Source: a virus (Duplodnaviria > Caudoviricetes). Taken from it: DNA of 31,198 nucleotides. This document shows, in pieces, positions 24,254-31,198 of this stretch (positions are counted from its first letter, which is position 1; every line of letters begins with the position of its first letter). The stretch spans positions 1 to 31,198 of the IMG/VR virus record IMGVR_UViG_3300033129_000784. One strand, written 5' to 3'. The position numbers and the translations under genes were made by a program. The notes beneath the pieces are model-generated. The model ran no database searches and was not told the origin of the DNA. It saw nothing but the letters and a program-made list of their open reading frames with translations.

Positions 24254-27200
24254 TGCCATCAGGATATGAAGAACTTGATTTAAAAGTCTATGTAGATTAC
24301 AGTCAAGAAAGGCAAAACAGCTTAAATCCTTTTGTATTTGCCACTGATGGTACTCAAATATCTTCTGCATCATTAAATAACTGCATAATTGATCCAGTTA
24401 CATTATCTGTATTTGGTACTCCATTACCTATGACAGATGATTGGAATACTACTTTTACTGGACCTTATGCACGTCATCCAATTGCTGATTTTACATTTCA
24501 ATATCCAGGTACTTTTAAACAAGGTGGTTATATTTCTAATGAAGACTATTATGCTTATGCTGCTACTGGTGTAACTGCTGAAATACGTCAGAAAATTACA
24601 TTAACTAATCAAGTTGATAGAAATAAAGCATTATTCTTCTCATATAAAGTTTTGCAAAAACAAAGCTTGGGCACTGGTACTATCGTTAGTTTGTATTGGG
24701 AAGATGCAAATGGAACTAATGTAAACACAAATACCAGATTAGATTTCAATACTGATGGTTCTTGTGATGTCTATAGAGGATATCAGATAAATCAAGGATC
24801 TATAATTGCTCAAACTTCATCTTCTTCTATTACTGGATTACAAACATTATTTACTAATCCTAATCAATATGTTTTTCCAGGAGCAACTTTATATTCCTCT
24901 ACTGGATTTAGTATTGGAGTAGTTAGTAGTATAGCTAATGATTTTTCTTTGACATTAGCTTCTAATGCAAATATCAACTATGCTGGTGAATATACCACTG
25001 ATAAATGGCAAAGAATACAAAGATATTCTCGTACTGAATCTAACTTCTCACAAGAACGTCCTATATCTACAATTGTTAATCCTAACGATGTATTTAATGA
25101 TATTTATATAATTCCTTGTCGTGGTAAAGAATTACTTGTTCTTACTTCTTTTGGTTTAAACTTCTCTCACTCATTTGGAGATTTAAATATTCCTGATCCT
25201 CCTGGAGATACTACTTTCTACTACAATTCAGGAAATAAATCAATTGTTCCTATTATTCTTCCAACATCTAAGTTTTCTATACAAAGTCAATCTGCAAAGC
25301 TTTCATGGCAGTTAGCTGATTTAAACTTTTTATCAAATTGGCAAGCATATTCAAGAACAACATTTACTCCTACTGCACCTCCTGCTACTGTAATTCCTAA
25401 TAGTGGAACTATTCAATTTAATAAAAATGATAGTGGAGTAACAGGTACAGGTACTTTATTTACTTCAGAAGTAAGTGTTGGTAGCATAATTCAAACTATT
25501 GATGAACCATCTCTTTCAAATAGTATGATTGTAGGAATAGTTACAAGTATTGCTTCTGATACTGGATTATCTTTATATCAACCTAACTTATTTACATCAT
25601 TAACTGGAACATCTTATATATCACGTCCTAAGTTTTTAGGTTTTTCAGCATTTGCAATAGGATCTACAGAAGTAATTGGATCTGGATCTGATTATCTTAC
25701 AGAAGCTGAAGCAGGAGACTATTTATATAACAGTAGTGGTGCTTTAATTGGCATTGCATCAACAGTAAATACAGATACAAGTATTTATCTTCAGAATCCA
25801 CCATATTTTTCTGGTTCAGGAGTTACTGTTTATAAAAACTTAAATCCTTATGTATATAGTGATTCAAACTTACAAGGTGAAGTTTATGGAAGTGTTGGAT
25901 CAACTTATCCTATAGGAGATTTGACACTTAGTGGAACAATTCAAGGTGTTGCTGGAGAATTTCCTTGTTTTGATGGAGAAACCAAAAGTTTCGTAATTAA
26001 AGTAGCTCAAGCATCTACTGGTGCATCTATTCAAGATCAAGGATTTATGTTCTATTCTTATGATCAGCAGTATTACACAGAAAACTTAAAAACTACTAAT
26101 AGTTCTGTAGATATAACCAGTAAATTAGAATCATTTACGATGACCAGGAATGAGAATGGTGATTTATCTGTATCTTTATCTGCAAGAAAACAACTTCTTG
26201 AAGATCTTGGAGTAGTAAAACCAGATATTATTTCTAACAGACCAATCAAAGTAGAGTTACAACCGAGACAAATAAATCTTAGTGGTCAATTAACTTTTGA
26301 TACAACTACTGTTGTTACTGGTGTACTTACTAAGTTCTTGAGTGAAGTTCAGCCTGGTGAATCTATTTACAAAGCTGATGGTACTTTTGCTGGAATTGTT
26401 ACTGGTGTTTCAAGCGATACAGTTCTAAATCTTTTCCAAAATAAAATACCAACAATTGAATACAATCAAACTTGTTCTTTAAATCCAAACTTTTCACCTA
26501 TCAAAATATTTGAGGGATATTTATCTTCTCCAAATATTACATTCATACAAGGTGACAATTATGACAAGTATTCTGTACTTGATTTTACTGCTATAGACAA
26601 GAAACAGAGACTAAACTTGTCTTATGCTGCAGTTGCACCAAACTACGATAATAAGCCATTAAATGACATCATTTTGAACGCTATTTATCTTGGTGGAGAA
26701 GCTTTGAATGATCCTAACAAAGAGACTGTAGTTATTGATGATTCTATCTTAACTTATCAGATTCCTATCAACAGAAATAACTCACAAGGGCAATATAACT
26801 TTGTATTAAATCTTGGAGATACAGCTGGTGGATTTATAGAGCAAATTAGAAATGATTATGCTCAAAACTTTACATTCTATGCTCGTGGAGATTGGCAATT
26901 TCAGCAAATAGATCAATCTGGATTTGATAACTTTACTCAATTCAAGTTTAAAGATATTGATTTAATATCTCCAGATGCTAAAAAACTTGATCTTTATCTA
27001 AATGATATTGAAGCTGACTCTGTTGGCAATATTCCAGTAATGCAAAGCTACAAGAGAACTATCAGAAGCTTAAGAAAAGTATATGAGGCTCCAGAAGCTA
27101 ACAGAATCATGATAGTTGGTCTTGATAAGACTAATGGAAATAGAATTGAAAAGATTATTGATAATCTTTCTTCTCAAAATCCATCAACTCCTCCAAACCA

Positions 27201-28113
27201 AAGAGCTGATAACTGGTTAGGAGATGTTTATCCATTTGTATTTATCAATGAAAGATTAAACACTGCTACTGATGTAAATCAAGCTGCAACTCAATTCTAT
27301 AATAGAATTGCCACTGGTAGAGAAATAATTGAGTTTGATTCAGATCTACTCACATATTTTGATAATAATACAAGAGCTACCGCTGATAATGAAGGTACTC
27401 TTGTTGGTAGTGTTTCTGTAACTGAGAACTCTAATGTAGTAAATGGTGGTGGAACACTATTTTTAGACGAATTAGTTGTTGGTGATATCATTTATTCCAG
27501 TATTAATGGAGATTATATTGGTATTGTCGCTGATATAGTATCACAAACAGAATTAAACTTACTATTTGATGCAACAATCACATTTACTGGTGGATATAAC
27601 AAGTCAACATACTATGTTGATCAATATAATTACATTGATATTGGTGATGTAGTAAGAGTTTATTATCTTGATTTGACTTATGATGATTTCCAAATCATTG
27701 ATTGGTCATGTGCAAGTAATAGAGAAAAACTAAATCCATCTGAATATGATATAAATGTTCGTACTGCAACTTATAGAGCTAAAAAAGTTACAGTTCCAGC
27801 TGCAACAACTCCATTTATATCTTTCGTATTCAATAATATTCCTTCTGTGAATCAAATAATTGTCACTCAAGGAACAGCATTGCCATTACAATTATTTGCA
27901 GTTGATACACAATATGAAGAACTTGGATTCTCTTGGTCATTAGCTAATCAACCATCAGGCATGACAATTAATGCATCTACTGGAGTTGTATCATGGACAC
28001 CTTCTGGTGGTCAAGCTAATCAGATATTTGAAAATATAATAGCAACAATTCAGAATGAATCAGGAAATACAGCAGAGTATTCATTCTCAGTAAGAGTTTA
28101 TGACACAACATAA
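24253..28113 (+). CDS. Large tail tip/hub protein with five inserted beta repeats and C-terminal Ig-like (He_PIG-type) domain
   Basis: Follows tape measure; repeats VTG.GT.F..E...GD.IY....IG.V....SDT.L.L; WSL...PSGMTI..STG.VSWTP. Confidence 0.75.
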   Translation: MPSGYEELDLKVYVDYSQERQNSLNPFVFATDGTQISSASLNNCIIDPVTLSVFGTPLPMTDDWNTTFTGPYARHPIADFTFQYPGTFKQGGYISNEDYYAYAATGVTAEIRQKITLTNQVDRNKALFFSYKVLQKQSLGTGTIVSLYWEDANGTNVNTNTRLDFNTDGSCDVYRGYQINQGSIIAQTSSSSITGLQTLFTNPNQYVFPGATLYSSTGFSIGVVSSIANDFSLTLASNANINYAGEYTTDKWQRIQRYSRTESNFSQERPISTIVNPNDVFNDIYIIPCRGKELLVLTSFGLNFSHSFGDLNIPDPPGDTTFYYNSGNKSIVPIILPTSKFSIQSQSAKLSWQLADLNFLSNWQAYSRTTFTPTAPPATVIPNSGTIQFNKNDSGVTGTGTLFTSEVSVGSIIQTIDEPSLSNSMIVGIVTSIASDTGLSLYQPNLFTSLTGTSYISRPKFLGFSAFAIGSTEVIGSGSDYLTEAEAGDYLYNSSGALIGIASTVNTDTSIYLQNPPYFSGSGVTVYKNLNPYVYSDSNLQGEVYGSVGSTYPIGDLTLSGTIQGVAGEFPCFDGETKSFVIKVAQASTGASIQDQGFMFYSYDQQYYTENLKTTNSSVDITSKLESFTMTRNENGDLSVSLSARKQLLEDLGVVKPDIISNRPIKVELQPRQINLSGQLTFDTTTVVTGVLTKFLSEVQPGESIYKADGTFAGIVTGVSSDTVLNLFQNKIPTIEYNQTCSLNPNFSPIKIFEGYLSSPNITFIQGDNYDKYSVLDFTAIDKKQRLNLSYAAVAPNYDNKPLNDIILNAIYLGGEALNDPNKETVVIDDSILTYQIPINRNNSQGQYNFVLNLGDTAGGFIEQIRNDYAQNFTFYARGDWQFQQIDQSGFDNFTQFKFKDIDLISPDAKKLDLYLNDIEADSVGNIPVMQSYKRTIRSLRKVYEAPEANRIMIVGLDKTNGNRIEKIIDNLSSQNPSTPPNQRADNWLGDVYPFVFINERLNTATDVNQAATQFYNRIATGREIIEFDSDLLTYFDNNTRATADNEGTLVGSVSVTENSNVVNGGGTLFLDELVVGDIIYSSINGDYIGIVADIVSQTELNLLFDATITFTGGYNKSTYYVDQYNYIDIGDVVRVYYLDLTYDDFQIIDWSCASNREKLNPSEYDINVRTATYRAKKVTVPAATTPFISFVFNNIPSVNQIIVTQGTALPLQLFAVDTQYEELGFSWSLANQPSGMTINASTGVVSWTPSGGQANQIFENIIATIQNESGNTAEYSFSVRVYDTT

Positions 28114-31046
28114 TGCCAACATACAGAGACTTAACAAGAGTAAGTAATCAGTCAGCTATTATTGCATATGATGTTTATGCTAAGTTGACTGATCAATCTT
28201 ATGCAATACCGCCAGGATATTATGAATTTGAAAGATATGCTGATTTCACGATTGGCGGTCATTTTGGCTGTTCTGCAAGTATTACCACTCAACTTGTTAC
28301 TACTGGTAGTTTTCCTTTACCTCCTCCATTCGGCTTGGCTTGGAGTTGGAGTATTAATGCAATAGTTGTCGTAGATAATGGTCACGGAGTTTCCACAACA
28401 CAGACAGTAGTGTTAAAATCAGGAACAAATTACGGTCCACTTGACCCATTGTATACTCCTTTCGTAGTTGATCAAATAGCTGTTGCAGGAACATTTAGTT
28501 TTTCCTGCGATTCAGAGATTCTTTATGATATCACAGAATCTCAACCTGGTGGTGCACATATGCATCCACCATATACTGTTTTAAATCAATACGAAAGATC
28601 TTTAGTTGGAGGCACTGCAACTTGTACTGTTGTAGTAAATAGTCAAACAGTTACTGCAACTGGAGTAATTGCATCATCACAATCTACTAACTATAACTTT
28701 GATACATATATAAATGCATGGAGTAAAGGCAGTTTAGCAGGTAAAGAAATTGCTATTCTTTCAGCTCCAGTTTTAAACTCATTACAAATTCCAAATAATG
28801 GATATATATTCTCTCGTAGTGCAGATCAATTTGTAGAAGCAACTTCTACTATTAAAGCTGTCACAACAGGTGCTGATGATATATTTGGAGATCCATTACA
28901 AACACAAGCTGAAATTACTGCATCAATTACATTAGATAGAAATGTAAGATGTAAAGGTTGGGTAAATGCATATAACAATACTTATCCAAACTCATTAGAT
29001 GTTGATATTTTAAACTTTGATGGTGGAACAAGAACAACTTCATTCTCTGGAAGTTATGATGAATCTGAAACATTTAAAAAATACAGTTACAATTCATCAT
29101 TATTACTTGTTACAGCTCTAACTGATACTATAACTTTTGATGATATTCCTGCTGGTAATTTCAAAAATACAATTGATTCAGCATCATTAATAGCTAACGG
29201 AGACTATCAATACAATACAAGAATGCCATTTAGAGGATGGTGGTTCGATGGTGTATCTTTATATCATAGTAAATATACTATTCTTTCTGGCACTGGTAAT
29301 ACTTATTCATTTAATGCTCCTAATCGTACAAACTTTTCTGGATATAGATTCTTAGAGATTAATGCTAACTCAACAACAGGTTCTGGTACAGCTGCTACTT
29401 GTTGGATATCTTATGGTAACTCAGGAACATATGTATTACAAGCACCTCTCACTATTAGTAACACTGCTTCTAATTATCTTGTTGATCTTTGTTACGCTTA
29501 TAATTTACACTCATCTCCAACAGATGACTTAAGTGATCAAGATAATCCTTATCCAAGAGCTAATCCTAATGATAACTATGATTGGGCATCTCAAAGATTA
29601 ATCAATGAGGATTTATATGGCATTGGTCAAGTTGGAGAAGTTAGACTTGATGGCTCTGTTACTGTAAACTCATTTAAATTATATAGGGATGATAATGTTG
29701 CAAAAGCAGATTTTATTGCTCCAATTTCTGAATCTGGTTTGGGATTTACTCAGGTATTCACAGGAACTGCTTCTACTTCATATTTTGGTAGAAGATATTG
29801 GCATCAAGATGTTTCAGGTAGAAATGATGAAGAATATGATCTTCTTCAAGTAACATCTGGTGGATCAACATATGTACCTCAAACTATTGCTGGTTTTGTC
29901 GATAATATTACTAATTTAGAAGGCTATCAAGGTGGTCGTGTACATCTTGGATGGACAGGCAACTCTTCTACTCCTAATGACTTTACTTCTAATCTTCGGG
30001 ATGGATATTTAAATGAAGATGGTTATATGTCATGGCTAATGGGATTTGGTATGGAGTATGTTGCAGGTACTCAAAGATTTGGATTTGATCGTGATTTAAG
30101 TTTAGAAGCGTCGGATTATGATATATATGCACAGACAATTTTTGATGAGATAAACTGTGATTTTATTCCAGACTATGCAGATCCATTCGCATTAGAAACT
30201 CCTGGTCAATCAGAGTTATTATTGTATGGTTTTAACTGCCAAAGAGGAGCTGCACATGGTTTATGGCAATTACAACAACTTGGTCAAACTGTAACTCTTC
30301 AAGATTTATCTCCAAGTATTAGAGGATCTTCTGTTACTGATGTAAGAGGAAGATATCAAACAGCATTACCTTTTGGTCAAGCTGAAACTCCTAATGATAT
30401 TTATTTTGGAGTTGCAAGTATTGGAACTACTATAGTTACTGCAAAACGTAACAGAGCTGCATATTACAGTCCAACAACTCCAGTAATTACTAACCTTATA
30501 AAATCAGCTGATTTATCTGGGTTTTACCAACATTTAATAGGATATGTAGACAATAGCAATATCGTAAACTTTATCTACACAGATACCTATAATTTCAGCA
30601 CTTTTTTGTATCAAGCAACAGACATTACTCTTGCATCAAATGTTGCAATTAGATGGTTACCTTTCTCAGGAATGAATAGCATCATTATTGCTGTTGAAAT
30701 GCAAAGTGGTGATATAAATAAATATATTTGCAACTCAATAACAACAGGAGCGTGTACATTGGCTACTACATTAGGTACTGGAACACAACCAGCATTAGCA
30801 ATTAATGGATTTGGTTTTGAATACTATTTCTTCCGTACTACAGATGCAGGTGGTTCAATAAAGCGTGTTGGAATTGATCCTGCTGGAACAATAGTACAAG
30901 CTGCAAGCATAGTTGTATCTGGAAATGTAACTACAGAAGGAATTGCAGCATATTGTTATGATGACATTGTATACCTTGTATACAATCATGCTACTAATGG
31001 AATTACTGTTGTAAGTTCAGATGACTTTGGTGAAACATTCTCATAA
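28113..31046 (+). CDS. Large tail structural/receptor-binding protein
   Basis: 977 aa beta-rich, TAATG-coupled; ends S.D.GETF (Asp-box-like), possible C-terminal propeller. Confidence 0.65.
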   Translation: MPTYRDLTRVSNQSAIIAYDVYAKLTDQSYAIPPGYYEFERYADFTIGGHFGCSASITTQLVTTGSFPLPPPFGLAWSWSINAIVVVDNGHGVSTTQTVVLKSGTNYGPLDPLYTPFVVDQIAVAGTFSFSCDSEILYDITESQPGGAHMHPPYTVLNQYERSLVGGTATCTVVVNSQTVTATGVIASSQSTNYNFDTYINAWSKGSLAGKEIAILSAPVLNSLQIPNNGYIFSRSADQFVEATSTIKAVTTGADDIFGDPLQTQAEITASITLDRNVRCKGWVNAYNNTYPNSLDVDILNFDGGTRTTSFSGSYDESETFKKYSYNSSLLLVTALTDTITFDDIPAGNFKNTIDSASLIANGDYQYNTRMPFRGWWFDGVSLYHSKYTILSGTGNTYSFNAPNRTNFSGYRFLEINANSTTGSGTAATCWISYGNSGTYVLQAPLTISNTASNYLVDLCYAYNLHSSPTDDLSDQDNPYPRANPNDNYDWASQRLINEDLYGIGQVGEVRLDGSVTVNSFKLYRDDNVAKADFIAPISESGLGFTQVFTGTASTSYFGRRYWHQDVSGRNDEEYDLLQVTSGGSTYVPQTIAGFVDNITNLEGYQGGRVHLGWTGNSSTPNDFTSNLRDGYLNEDGYMSWLMGFGMEYVAGTQRFGFDRDLSLEASDYDIYAQTIFDEINCDFIPDYADPFALETPGQSELLLYGFNCQRGAAHGLWQLQQLGQTVTLQDLSPSIRGSSVTDVRGRYQTALPFGQAETPNDIYFGVASIGTTIVTAKRNRAAYYSPTTPVITNLIKSADLSGFYQHLIGYVDNSNIVNFIYTDTYNFSTFLYQATDITLASNVAIRWLPFSGMNSIIIAVEMQSGDINKYICNSITTGACTLATTLGTGTQPALAINGFGFEYYFFRTTDAGGSIKRVGIDPAGTIVQAASIVVSGNVTTEGIAAYCYDDIVYLVYNHATNGITVVSSDDFGETFS

Positions 31047-31096
31047 AAAAAGACCATATAGTCTCATCGCAGAAATGCGTTTACCTCTATATGGTC
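31045..31096 (-). terminator. Long hairpin with minus-strand T tract
   Basis: GACCATATAG (31052-61) pairs with CTATATGGTC (31087-96); inner CGCA-GAAA-TGCG; A7 on its left. Confidence 0.6.
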
Positions 31097-31144
31097 CTTA
31101 AGGAATAGGAGAAAAACACCAACGTAACACATCTATTATAACGC

Positions 31145-31175
31145 AAAAGAGACTTGTAAACAAGTCTCTTTTTTT
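31145..31175. terminator. Terminator at the end of the tail operon (bidirectional)
   Basis: AAAAGAGACTTG-TAAA-CAAGTCTCTTTT plus T run. Confidence 0.85.
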
Positions 31176-31198
31176 GTAAAGGAAAACAGGAAAAACAA

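Noticed and set aside
1670-27491. Shadow ORFs in the track (e.g. 1670..1951, 3085..3276, 4046..4240, 4385..4585, 5348..5569, 6570..6752, 9297..9488, 9509..9730, 9915..10133, 10489..10882, 11367..11561, 13580..15136 minus, 15120..15539, 15540..15892, 16432..16638, 18400..18673, 19298..19492, 27297..27491)
   Set aside because: Antisense or off-frame to well-supported genes, with no RBS or recognisable motifs
17989-31046. Diversity-generating retroelement acting on tail or fibre genes
   Set aside because: No reverse transcriptase and no adenine-specific TR/VR pair seen; repeats are in-frame protein repeats
1-31198. tRNA/rRNA genes or stop-codon reassignment
   Set aside because: No cloverleaf or T-loop signature noticed in the intergenic gaps; the standard code gives full-length genes at high density

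Overview
AT-rich, gene-dense window of a tailed dsDNA phage (siphovirus-like, HK97-type head) that may be nearly a whole circularly permuted genome. From left to right it holds: a lysis block (CHAP endolysin, antisense HNH endonuclease, holin); a leftward block running HTH > sigma-70-family factor > TerS > TerL > portal; a central early region of small genes, two PD-(D/E)xK-type nucleases and duplicated promoters; and a rightward head/neck/tail operon (Tudor-fused prohead protease, capsid, adaptors, two neck appendage proteins, tail genes with a -1 frameshift chaperone, tape measure, two large tail-tip proteins). I recognise no integrase, polymerase, primase or helicase. Main signals: (1) an exact 11-mer ATCGTAAAATA 27-41 nt upstream of four late genes on both strands, together with a phage sigma factor whose -35-reading helix looks degenerate; (2) several leaderless genes with -10 box + 6 nt + ATG; (3) two or three candidate short minus-strand RNAs carrying anti-Shine-Dalgarno tracts; (4) an orphan TGATAA/TTATCA iteron-like array with no recognisable replicase; (5) accessory domains on portal and protease bounded by K-S/K-A sites; (6) a 194-nt dual-coding TerS/TerL overlap. 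All protein calls come from motif recognition by eye; no searches were run.
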